25,116 nucleotides of DNA, taken from positions 1 through 25,116 of the IMG/VR virus record IMGVR_UViG_3300011337_000231. One strand, 5' to 3'. The position numbers and the translations under genes were made by a program. The notes below the pieces were generated by a model. The model saw nothing but the letters and a program-made list of their open reading frames with translations. It was not told the DNA's origin and did not search any database. The DNA comes from a virus (Duplodnaviria > Caudoviricetes). Shown here one piece after another: positions 10,380 through 18,634 of this stretch (positions are counted from its first letter, which is position 1; the number at the start of each line of letters is the position of its first letter).

Positions 10380-10976
10380 ATGAACGCAAAAGAAGCACTA
10401 GTACAGATTAAGCAACTTCTTTTTTCAGAAGCAGAAAAGAAGGCAGCCTTTGCAATGACTGAAGGCAAACTAGTAGATGGAACTATTGTAGCCTATGATC
10501 TAGAATCAGGTGAAATCTTTGTAGTAGGAGCAGAAGGTGAAAGCATCCCTGCACCTGTTGGAGAACATCAGCTAGAATCAGGTGAAATAGTGGTAGTCCT
10601 TGAAGAAGGTAAGATTGCAGAGATTAAGAAAGCAGAAGAAGAGCCTAAGATCGAAGTAGAGATTGAAGCATCTGCTGAAGAAGTACCTGCTGAAGCACCT
10701 GTGAAGGATGAAGCAATGGCCAAAGTAGAACAGGCCATGGGTGACCTTGAAAAGAAAGTTGAAGAACTTGCTGCCAAGGTAGAAGAAATGGCAAAGAAAA
10801 ATCAAGATATGAAGCAGGCAGTCGAATTGTAAGCAGTAGTTCTTGAAAGCCTTGCCAAAGAACCAAGTGACAAAGCAATATCTGCACCCAACTCTTTTCA
10901 TAAGGCAATCAAAGTAGAGAAGGAAGACAGATATTCAAACATTCAAAAAGCATTTCAAATTTTAAAACAAAAATAA
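10380..10976 (+). CDS. capsid scaffold-like protein, interrupted by in-frame TAA at 10830-10832
   Basis: Acidic, 'PAPVGEHQLESG..VVV.E.GKIAEI' then coiled coil. The frame continues 47 codons past the TAA to TAA 10974-10976, 1 nt before the capsid ATG. Confidence 0.7.
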
Positions 10977-10977
10977 A

Positions 10978-11934
10978 ATGGCCTTAGATTTATCAGCATT
11001 AACTAACTATGTGAAGGAGAATGAATTGCAGCTAACATCTGCTGCTATCTTCTCTGCAAAAACTGCTTCTTTGATCGAAGCAAGAGGAAATGTCCAAGTG
11101 GGTATCAAATCCGCTGAGACTATCAACATCATGACTACTGATGCAGTATTCCAAGCAGGTGGAACTTGTGGTTTCTCTTCTAGCGGAACTACTACTATCA
11201 CTCAAAGAACCCTTACTGTAGGTAAGATTAAGATTCAAGAATCAATCTGCCCTAAAGCATTTGAAGCTAAGTACACTCAGAAGGCTTTGAGAGAAGGATC
11301 AAGCTATGACTACATGGCTTATGCATCTGAATATTCTGCACAGAAAGTACAGAGAATTGGTGCTGCTTTGGAAACTGCTTTGTGGCAGGGAAATACTGCC
11401 TCTTCTGATGGTCAGTTGAACAAGTTCCAAGGAATCGGAACTATCATCAATGCCCTAGGCTTTGGTGGTGCAGGTGATCCTATCAATGGAAACTCTGCCA
11501 ATGTTACTACATTGACTACTTCAAATGTGATTGCTGCTGTAGATGCAGTATTTGCTGCCCTTCCTGCTGCCCTTTTGGACAAGGATGATGTGGTTATCTT
11601 CTGCGGAAATGATACCTTCAGAGAATATGTGATTGCATTGCGTGATCAGAACCTATTCCACTACCCTGTAGATGCGGCTAACATGGAATTGATTGTTCCA
11701 GGTACTGCTATCAAATTGATTGGTGTGAATGGATTGAATGGTACTGACTACCTTTTCGGACTTTCTATGAGCAACTTGTACCTTGGTACTGATATGCTTA
11801 ACGAGCAGGATCGTTTCGAATTGTTCTACGCAAAAGAAGCGGATGAAATGAGATTCGTAGTTGAATTCAAGCTAGGTGTACAGATTGCCTTCCCTGACGA
11901 AGTAGTGTTCTGGAAGAAGTATGTTGCTCCTTAA
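10978..11934 (+). CDS. major capsid protein
   Basis: 318 aa after protease and scaffold; HK97-like layout ('ETALWQG', 'MRFVVEFKLGVQIAFPDEVV'); followed by a stable hairpin. Confidence 0.85.
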   Translation: MALDLSALTNYVKENELQLTSAAIFSAKTASLIEARGNVQVGIKSAETINIMTTDAVFQAGGTCGFSSSGTTTITQRTLTVGKIKIQESICPKAFEAKYTQKALREGSSYDYMAYASEYSAQKVQRIGAALETALWQGNTASSDGQLNKFQGIGTIINALGFGGAGDPINGNSANVTTLTTSNVIAAVDAVFAALPAALLDKDDVVIFCGNDTFREYVIALRDQNLFHYPVDAANMELIVPGTAIKLIGVNGLNGTDYLFGLSMSNLYLGTDMLNEQDRFELFYAKEADEMRFVVEFKLGVQIAFPDEVVFWKKYVAP

Positions 11935-11951
11935 TTTGAATTAAAAAAATC

Positions 11952-11975
11952 GGGGGAGATGGTGGCATCTTCCCC
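11952..11975 (+). terminator. hairpin after capsid gene, GGGGGAGATG-gtgg-CATCTTCCCC
   Basis: 10-bp stem (one G-U), A-run upstream, only TT downstream; leaky terminator or stabiliser. Confidence 0.55.
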
Positions 11976-11999
11976 TTCACAATCTAAATAATAAAAAAT

Positions 12000-12503
12000 A
12001 TGCCTTGTGCCTTAACTCAAAATTATACCCTTGACTGCAAAGATTCAATCGGCGGTTTGAAGGAAGTTTATTTTGCAGCAGTAGAGGACATTGCATCTTG
12101 GACAGGATCAGCAGGCACTTACACAGGTGTGACTATGGATTCAGGTAAATACTTTTGGAAGTACGAACTAGTAAAAGAAAGTTCAAACTTTGCAGAAGCA
12201 GTAAATACCAATGTTCAGAATGGCACTGTATTCTACGCTCAGACCTTGGAGGTCATCCTTAATAAATTGCAGGTAAATACAAGAAACGAAATCCTTCTTT
12301 TAGCCAAGAATAGACTTGTTGCTTTGGTAAAAGATAACAATGACAAAATTTGGGCTTTGGGAGAAGTGAATGGTCTTGATCTTACAGGTGGCGGATCAGC
12401 TACAGGTACTGCATTCGGTGATCGAAATGGCTACACATTGACCTTCACAGGCAATGAGAAAGAACTAGCACCACTATTCACGGGAAGCATTCCTTTGGAC
12501 TAA
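12000..12503 (+). CDS. major tail tube-like protein
   Basis: 167 aa 'C.LT....LDCKDSIGGLKEVYF ... TGTAFGDRNGYTLTFTG.E', typical of Bacteroidota siphophage tube proteins. Confidence 0.7.
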   Translation: MPCALTQNYTLDCKDSIGGLKEVYFAAVEDIASWTGSAGTYTGVTMDSGKYFWKYELVKESSNFAEAVNTNVQNGTVFYAQTLEVILNKLQVNTRNEILLLAKNRLVALVKDNNDKIWALGEVNGLDLTGGGSATGTAFGDRNGYTLTFTGNEKELAPLFTGSIPLD

Positions 12504-12527
12504 GATATTTGGTTTGTAGTTTATGTG

Positions 12528-12561
12528 AAAAGCACCTCCGATTGTGGAGGTGTTTTTTTTT
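12528..12561 (+). terminator. Rho-independent terminator AAAAGCACCTCC-gattgt-GGAGGTG-T9
   Basis: GC-rich stem followed by a long T run. Confidence 0.9.
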
Positions 12562-12595
12562 GTGTACATGGGTAGTCTATTTTGTATTTATGGTT

Positions 12596-12955
12596 ATGGT
12601 TATAATTCAGAAAGGATCAGCAAGTGCTATCTACATAGCCCTATTTGATAAGAGGGAAACAAGCAGCAACACCTACACCTTCCTATTTCAGCATGAAGTA
12701 ACAAAGGAAGAGGTGACCTTGAGCCTAGCAGATGTCAGTACCCATAAGGAAAGATATTCAGAATTCAATATCCTAGAGGCTTCTTTTCAGAATAGCACTG
12801 TGGGATTTTGGCGGTACTATGTAACCCAAGCGGGAAGCGGTGCTACAATCATAGCCACAGGAAAGATGGAATTGACAGCAGTGAATTTGTCAACAGCAGG
12901 AGTGGTCAGATATGATGGCTACAATGGTAACTACAAAACATACACGACAATATGA
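12596..12955 (+). CDS. hypothetical virion protein (beta-rich)
   Basis: The track start at 12509 runs through the terminator, so ATG 12590 or 12596 is more plausible; overlaps the portal start (ATGA). Confidence 0.6.
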   Translation: MVIIQKGSASAIYIALFDKRETSSNTYTFLFQHEVTKEEVTLSLADVSTHKERYSEFNILEASFQNSTVGFWRYYVTQAGSGATIIATGKMELTAVNLSTAGVVRYDGYNGNYKTYTTI

Positions 12956-14982
12956 TTAAGTTTTTCAAATTTGACCAAGTACCCCTACCCATTTACAAAG
13001 AAGTGAAGGGAAAGGATTGGATTTATTATGGGGAAAGAAATGACTACCCAAACTATCTACTAAGGCTGTACAATAATTCTGCAAAGCATAATGCTATTGT
13101 GACAGGGAAGGTAGACTACATCTGTGGGAATGGGTGGTCTGTGAAGGCTGAAGATGAAATGCAAAAGGCCAAGGCCTACGGAATGATCAATCAGGTCAAT
13201 TCATCTGAAGAATCCTTGAATGAACTGACCAAAAAGCTAACTACAGACATGACCATCTTTGGAGGGTACTACCTTCAGGTGATATGGACAAAAGCCACAG
13301 GTGAAATAGCTGAACTCTATCATGTAGACTACTATAAGGTCAGAACGAATCATGACAATAGTGAATTCTATGTGTCTGATAATTGGATCAAGAATGACAA
13401 TGTCAACCCTAGACCTGACTATGAGACCTTCCCTGCCTTCGATCCAAACAATAGAACAGGATCACAGATTCTGTACTTTAAGGAATACAGAGCAGGAGCA
13501 AATACCTATTCACTACCTGACTACAGAGGTGCGATCTCCTACATTGAACTAGATATATCTATAGGGGAATACCACCTGAACACTATCAATAACGGAATGT
13601 TCTCTTCCAAGTTGATTAACTTGAATGGTGGTAAGGTATCCCAGGAAGAAGAAGATAGAATTGAAAGACAATTCAAAGACAAATTCTCAGGATCAAAGAA
13701 TGCAGGAAAATTCATGCTTGCCTTCAATGACAGCAAAGAGAATGAGCCTTCAATAGTAGACCTATCAGGGACTGAACTTGATAAGCACTTTGACCTTTTG
13801 AATAAGACAGTGCAAACTGAAATTTTCTCAGGTCACAAGGTGTCTTCACCTATGCTTTTTGGAATTAAAACTGAAGGTCAGCTAGGTGGTAGATCAGAGA
13901 TGAGAGAAGCATACGAACTATTTCAGAATACCTATGTGAACACCAAGCAGCGGAACATAGAAGAGACCATCAATTACCTGTACAAATTCAATGACTTGGC
14001 AGCCCTGCTAGAACTTAGAAAGACTGAGCCTATCAACTTTGAATTCTCTGAGGCTATAATCTCTGCTAACATGACACAGGAAGAGATCAGAGAAAAGCTA
14101 GGTCTGAACCCAATCGAAAAGAAGGAAACAGCAGGATCACAGGACATCATCAATTCCCTGAACAGCCTATCTCCTTTGATTGCCACCAAGGTAGTAGAAT
14201 CTATGGATGTGAACGAATTGCGTGGCCTTATCGGGCTTCCAATCAGAACAGATATAGTAACCCCTATTGCGATAAATGAAACCCCTGTAGAAGAGCCTAC
14301 AGCCTTCCATGATCACAAGCACCTGAACTGCTCGATCTCTGATCATGATGCAGAAATCCTAGCGAAGTTTGAAGGAAAAGGATTCAGCAGGGACAGGTTT
14401 AAAATCCTAGAATCAAATAAGATGTTCTTTTCTTCAATGGATGAATTCGTAAAGGAAGAACTATTTGCAGAATACATCTTGAATGAGGTTCAGCGGAATA
14501 TTGTAAAGCAGATTCAGAATGATCCTGCCATTACCATTCCACAGATTGCAAAGGCTACGGGAATAGATGAGGCTTCTGTAATAGGTAGAATCAACACCCT
14601 GATTGATGACAATGTGCTTGAAGAGAAGATTGACAGGGAAGGCTTAATCACTAGAAAAGTTACCCGGACAGGGGAAGCAGCAGTCAGAAGACTTGAGCCT
14701 ATCACATCTTTCAGGGTGCTATATTCCTATGAAGAAAGATCAGGAGTTCCTGCTGCTAAAAGTGGAAGTAGACCTTTGTGCGATATGCTATATAATGCAG
14801 ACGGCAAAGGGAAAAGCAAACTATTCACCCGTGAAGAGATTCAGAATATCTCAAATCAACTAGGCTATTCTGTTTTTCAGTTATGCGGTGGATGGTATAG
14901 AAGACCAGGTACAAACATAGTTACTCCCTATTGCCGTCACGAGTGGAAAAGAAATGTAGTAATTGAAAAGACAAGCCGATGA
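12952..14982 (+). CDS. portal protein with C-terminal wHTH-like and Cys/His extension
   Basis: 'YGERNDYP.YL..LYNNSAKHNAIV.GK', 'GSKNAGKF', 'GHKVSSPMLFGIK', 'MTQEEIREKLGL' portal motifs; roughly 250 extra C-terminal residues. Confidence 0.8.
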   Translation: MIKFFKFDQVPLPIYKEVKGKDWIYYGERNDYPNYLLRLYNNSAKHNAIVTGKVDYICGNGWSVKAEDEMQKAKAYGMINQVNSSEESLNELTKKLTTDMTIFGGYYLQVIWTKATGEIAELYHVDYYKVRTNHDNSEFYVSDNWIKNDNVNPRPDYETFPAFDPNNRTGSQILYFKEYRAGANTYSLPDYRGAISYIELDISIGEYHLNTINNGMFSSKLINLNGGKVSQEEEDRIERQFKDKFSGSKNAGKFMLAFNDSKENEPSIVDLSGTELDKHFDLLNKTVQTEIFSGHKVSSPMLFGIKTEGQLGGRSEMREAYELFQNTYVNTKQRNIEETINYLYKFNDLAALLELRKTEPINFEFSEAIISANMTQEEIREKLGLNPIEKKETAGSQDIINSLNSLSPLIATKVVESMDVNELRGLIGLPIRTDIVTPIAINETPVEEPTAFHDHKHLNCSISDHDAEILAKFEGKGFSRDRFKILESNKMFFSSMDEFVKEELFAEYILNEVQRNIVKQIQNDPAITIPQIAKATGIDEASVIGRINTLIDDNVLEEKIDREGLITRKVTRTGEAAVRRLEPITSFRVLYSYEERSGVPAAKSGSRPLCDMLYNADGKGKSKLFTREEIQNISNQLGYSVFQLCGGWYRRPGTNIVTPYCRHEWKRNVVIEKTSR

Positions 14983-15572
14983 GTGCAAATGTTCTAATGA
15001 TCAGTGAGCAGTCCTTCAAGGATTTCACTGTAGCCTCCGCAAATATAGACCTGAAGAATGTGACACAGGTGGTAAAGATGACTCAGGACAGGTACATTCA
15101 TCCCATCCTAGGGTCTGCACTCTATGACAAAATACTTTCTTTGATCGTGGCAAACACCATAGGTCAGGGAGGGAATGCAGTCTATAAGACTTTGCTAGAT
15201 TCATACATCACAGATACCCTGTTCAACTATGTCCTAGGTGAATTGCCTATGGCATTGCAGTATAAGTTCGTGAACAAAGGTGTAGTGAAGCGAAAGTCTG
15301 AAAACATAGAAGAACCTACCTTCGCAGAATTGCAGTCAATCAGCCAATACTACAAAGGTTATGCTGAGTGGTACGCTGAAAGGACTATCAATTATTTGTG
15401 TGCCAATTCTACCCTATACCCTGAGTACTTAAATCCAGGATCTGATGTGACTACTATTCAGCCTGTATCTAATCAGTACAAGGTGGCAATCAATCTAGGC
15501 AGTGGATACTATGAAGACCCTAGACCATACAGCGAAAGATACCAAGGAAACAGATACAAAAAACCATTTTAA
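14979..15572 (+). CDS. head-tail connector/adaptor protein
   Basis: 197 aa 'QDRYIHPILGSALYDKI ... YLCANSTLYPEY', directly after the portal. Confidence 0.6.
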   Translation: MSANVLMISEQSFKDFTVASANIDLKNVTQVVKMTQDRYIHPILGSALYDKILSLIVANTIGQGGNAVYKTLLDSYITDTLFNYVLGELPMALQYKFVNKGVVKRKSENIEEPTFAELQSISQYYKGYAEWYAERTINYLCANSTLYPEYLNPGSDVTTIQPVSNQYKVAINLGSGYYEDPRPYSERYQGNRYKKPF

Positions 15573-15574
15573 TC

Positions 15575-15700
15575 ATGGCCTATTCCAAGAACGAAAAAAA
15601 ACTCAAGGAATATTTATCCAAACAAAATGACTCTATCAGAACTAGTAGCAAAGTTAAAGGCAATACAGGAAGCACACCCAATGATAAGAACCTTCGGTGA
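15575..15700 (+). CDS. possible 41-aa basic peptide (MAYSKNEKKLKEYLSKQ...)
   Basis: ATG 2 nt after the previous stop, but overlaps the next gene by 74 nt. Confidence 0.35.
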   Translation: MAYSKNEKKLKEYLSKQNDSIRTSSKVKGNTGSTPNDKNLR

Positions 15701-16061
15701 AGGGGATATCTATGACTATGTAGATAATGGAGGTGAAATTGAATACCCTGTCCTTTGGACTGTGGTAAGGCCTGCCCAATATGCTACATCTGTGATCAGA
15801 TACAGGGCTGTCCTTCTATTTGCTGATCTGCTAACTGAAGACAAATCAAACAGGCTACAGATTCAAAGTGATCAGATGCTTGTGGCTTTGGATGTGCTAG
15901 GAAAGTTAAAACTAGATACAGCCTATTCCTTCAATCCTTCAACAAATGCTACCATTGAATTCTTTCAGGAGAGATTCGATGACTTTACGGCAGGGGTATC
16001 TATTGAGATAGAGATCAGTAGCCCTGTACCTTTGAACCTTTGTGCAATCCCTACAACTTAA
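15627..16061 (+). CDS. tail terminator / head-tail joining-like protein
   Basis: 144 aa, 'YPVLW', 'FFQERFDDFTAGV'; position within the connector cluster. Confidence 0.55.
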   Translation: MTLSELVAKLKAIQEAHPMIRTFGEGDIYDYVDNGGEIEYPVLWTVVRPAQYATSVIRYRAVLLFADLLTEDKSNRLQIQSDQMLVALDVLGKLKLDTAYSFNPSTNATIEFFQERFDDFTAGVSIEIEISSPVPLNLCAIPTT

Positions 16062-16066
16062 GCGAA

Positions 16067-16273
16067 ATGAATGTCTTTCAAAAGGATGAAATTGGACTTC
16101 CTTCCACACTAGTAGCAATTATTGCTAACATATTTCAGGCTATTGACTTGATGAATGTGAATGTCTTCTTGACTATCATCATCTCACTGCTATCAATCGT
16201 GTGGCTAGTCTTTAAAATCAAAAACGAAAAAGCAATCTTTGACAGCAAAAAGAAAGATGAAGAAGGGAAGTAG
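16067..16273 (+). CDS. holin-like membrane protein
   Basis: 68 aa from ATG 16067; one or two hydrophobic helices and a highly charged C-terminus; upstream of the endolysin. Confidence 0.55.
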   Translation: MNVFQKDEIGLPSTLVAIIANIFQAIDLMNVNVFLTIIISLLSIVWLVFKIKNEKAIFDSKKKDEEGK

Positions 16274-16379
16274 TACGCAGATCAAAATCACCTTTGGAAA
16301 GCGAAGGAATGGGAAGGCAAAGAAGGCCTACTCAAAGGCATTAAATAAGCCCAAGAAATACAGGGGTCAGGGAAGATGA
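16257..16379 (+). CDS. 40-aa very basic peptide ending KKYRGQGR
   Basis: MKKGSSTQIKITFGKRRNGKAKKAYSKALNKPKKYRGQGR*; its stop overlaps the endolysin start (ATGA). Confidence 0.75.
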   Translation: MKKGSSTQIKITFGKRRNGKAKKAYSKALNKPKKYRGQGR

Positions 16380-16798
16380 AAAGACCCATCAAGTATATTG
16401 CAATACACTGCACTGCAAGTCAGCAGACAGCAACAGTACAAGCTATTCAAAGGCATTGGAAAGATACCCTTGGATGGAAGTCCCCAGGCTATCATCTGCT
16501 GATAGAAAAAAATGGCACTATTCATAGACTGCTGCCATTTGATAGTATAGCAAATGGGGTGAAAGGATTCAACAAAGAAAGCGTTCACATATCCTACATT
16601 GGAGGGATAACCAAGGAAGGAAAGCCCGTAGATAACAGAACTGCTGTGCAAAAAGAAGCTATTTTGAAGTGCATAAATGAGGTGATTGAATGGTCAGATA
16701 ACAAGTGCCTGATCATTCAGGGACACAGAGACTTCCCGAATGCAAATAAGGCCTGTCCTTGCTTTGATGCCAAGGCAGAATACAGGGGAATAGTATGA
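16376..16798 (+). CDS. endolysin, N-acetylmuramoyl-L-alanine amidase (Amidase_2, T7 lysozyme-like)
   Basis: 'IAIHCTA', 'GYH', 'GHRD', 'KACP' zinc-amidase motifs. Confidence 0.92.
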   Translation: MKRPIKYIAIHCTASQQTATVQAIQRHWKDTLGWKSPGYHLLIEKNGTIHRLLPFDSIANGVKGFNKESVHISYIGGITKEGKPVDNRTAVQKEAILKCINEVIEWSDNKCLIIQGHRDFPNANKACPCFDAKAEYRGIV

Positions 16799-17016
16799 AG
16801 GCAATCCTAAAATTCAAGCTACCTGAAGACAATCATGAATTCACAAATGCTGTGAATGGTGCAAAGATGAAGTCTATCCTGTGGGACTTGAAAGAATACT
16901 TCAGGGATGAATTAAAATACAAAGACCTTAATGAAGTTGAATACAAAACCTTAGAAAAAGCATCTGAGTATTTTTGGAATTTAATCAATAGTGAAAATAT
17001 AGACCTAGACTCATGA
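16795..17016 (+). CDS. 73-aa hypothetical protein
   Basis: 'MKAILKFKLPED'; ATGA overlaps on both sides. Confidence 0.75.
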   Translation: MKAILKFKLPEDNHEFTNAVNGAKMKSILWDLKEYFRDELKYKDLNEVEYKTLEKASEYFWNLINSENIDLDS

Positions 17017-17201
17017 AGGTTCAGAATGTAAAGCAATGGAAGACCACAGCCCTAGGATTGATTTTGATCCTATCTAGTATTGCTTCTGTATTTGTGAAGG
17101 GCTTATCATGGTCTGATGCTTCCTTCGGGATAGGCATAGGTCTAGTCCTGATCTTCAGCCCTGATTCAATCCTGTCTAGGTTTGAAAAGTTTGTAAAATA
17201 A
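17013..17201 (+). CDS. two-TM holin-like protein
   Basis: 62 aa 'WKTTALGLILIL' plus a second hydrophobic helix; inside the lysis module. Confidence 0.6.
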   Translation: MKVQNVKQWKTTALGLILILSSIASVFVKGLSWSDASFGIGIGLVLIFSPDSILSRFEKFVK

Positions 17202-17215
17202 CTAAAACCAAATAA

Positions 17216-18097
17216 ATGGAACTTACCAAAATTGCAAGGAATGTGCATAGCCTTTCACTTAGCAAAGAGGAGAACAGGGTGGCACTTTTGTCTGACATCC
17301 ATTGGGACAATCCCAAGTGTGACAGGGATATGCTTAAAAGACATCTTGACTACTGCCTTGAAAATCAGATGCCCGTTTTTATCAATGGAGATTTCTTCTG
17401 CTTGATGCAGGGCAAAGGTGATAGAAGGGGGAATAAAAGCGATATCCTGCCTGAGCATAACAATGCCAAGTATTTGGATAGCATAGTAGAAACGGCTGTA
17501 GAATGGTGGTCACCTTATGCATCTATCTTGACTGTGATAGGATATGGCAATCATGAGACTGCGATCATCAAATACCAGGAAACAGATTTGCTTCAGAGAT
17601 TTGTAGACCTGATGAACTACAAAAACAATAGCAACATTTTCACAGGTGGATATGGTGGATGGATTGTTCTGAAATATCAGGTAAGGAATAATACTTCAAT
17701 GACAAAAAACCTGAAGTACTTTCATGGATCAGGTGGTGGAGGTATAGTCACCAAGGGTGCAATCAACTTGACTAGGGCTTTGGAAACCTATGAGAATATG
17801 GACATTTTTGTGATGGGTCATATTCATGAGAATTCAAGCAGGAATGATGTCAGGGATACCCTGCACTACAATCAGGGGAAGAGGGTCTATGAATTACAGC
17901 AGAAGCAGATTCACCTTACTCTCACAGGATCGTACAAGGAAGAATACGGGGATGGATCACATGGGTGGCACATTGAAAGAGCAGCACCTGTCAAGCCTGT
18001 AGGTGGTCGAATCCTGACCTTGAATGGCAGGAGATTTGTTAAGGATGGCTTAGAGAATTATGAACTTCTAGTAGACTCACAAAAATTCCCATTGTAA
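17216..18097 (+). CDS. calcineurin-like metallophosphoesterase
   Basis: DIH, GDFFC, GNHE, FHG and GHIH motifs in canonical order. Confidence 0.85.
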   Translation: MELTKIARNVHSLSLSKEENRVALLSDIHWDNPKCDRDMLKRHLDYCLENQMPVFINGDFFCLMQGKGDRRGNKSDILPEHNNAKYLDSIVETAVEWWSPYASILTVIGYGNHETAIIKYQETDLLQRFVDLMNYKNNSNIFTGGYGGWIVLKYQVRNNTSMTKNLKYFHGSGGGGIVTKGAINLTRALETYENMDIFVMGHIHENSSRNDVRDTLHYNQGKRVYELQQKQIHLTLTGSYKEEYGDGSHGWHIERAAPVKPVGGRILTLNGRRFVKDGLENYELLVDSQKFPL

Positions 18098-18633
18098 TGG
18101 ACAGAGAACAGACAAGGATAGCAGGAATATTCTTTTTGATCGGGGCAATAGTAGCTATCATTCTATTCCCAAAGAGGGAGATAGAGACCATCTATAAGAC
18201 TACCACCAAGATAGAAAAGGACACGATCTATGTAGCCTCCACAGATACTATCTACATCCCAAAGACTAGGATTAAAACTCAAGTTTTGAGGGACACAATC
18301 CTTCTCGATTCTAAGCCTAAAATTAGCCTGTTTCAGGCATCCTTTCCTTTCGAGTATGGAAGTACCAAGGTGAGCGGTGAAGTCCTTGGAGAAGTCCTAA
18401 AAATGACTGCTATCAATGACTATACTATTCCTGTGGTGACCAATACAATCACAGAGACAAAAACAGAGAAGGTGATTGTGAAACCGAAGGGATTATACCT
18501 AGGTGCAGCAATCAATTCAGTTCTTGATCCTAGTGTGAAAGTAGGCTACTTGGATAACAAGTATTTGTTTCAATATGGATATCAGCCTTTCGAAAAAATA
18601 CACACACTAAGTGTTAGCAAAAAACTATTCTAG
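18097..18633 (+). CDS. membrane-anchored lysis accessory protein (spanin-like candidate)
   Basis: N-terminal TM helix, repeated DTIY/DTIL motifs, C-terminal amphipathic strands ending in Phe. Confidence 0.5.
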   Translation: MDREQTRIAGIFFLIGAIVAIILFPKREIETIYKTTTKIEKDTIYVASTDTIYIPKTRIKTQVLRDTILLDSKPKISLFQASFPFEYGSTKVSGEVLGEVLKMTAINDYTIPVVTNTITETKTEKVIVKPKGLYLGAAINSVLDPSVKVGYLDNKYLFQYGYQPFEKIHTLSVSKKLF

Positions 18634-18634
18634 G

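Noticed and set aside
10830-10832. Alternative genetic code (stop codon reassignment)
   Set aside because: TAA, TAG and TGA all end genes at tight junctions, and all other long genes are intact in the standard code.
12509-12589. Extended N-termini in the ORF track (12509; also 16040, 18611, 20288, 23428)
   Set aside because: They cross terminator hairpins or overlap upstream genes; downstream ATGs fit better.
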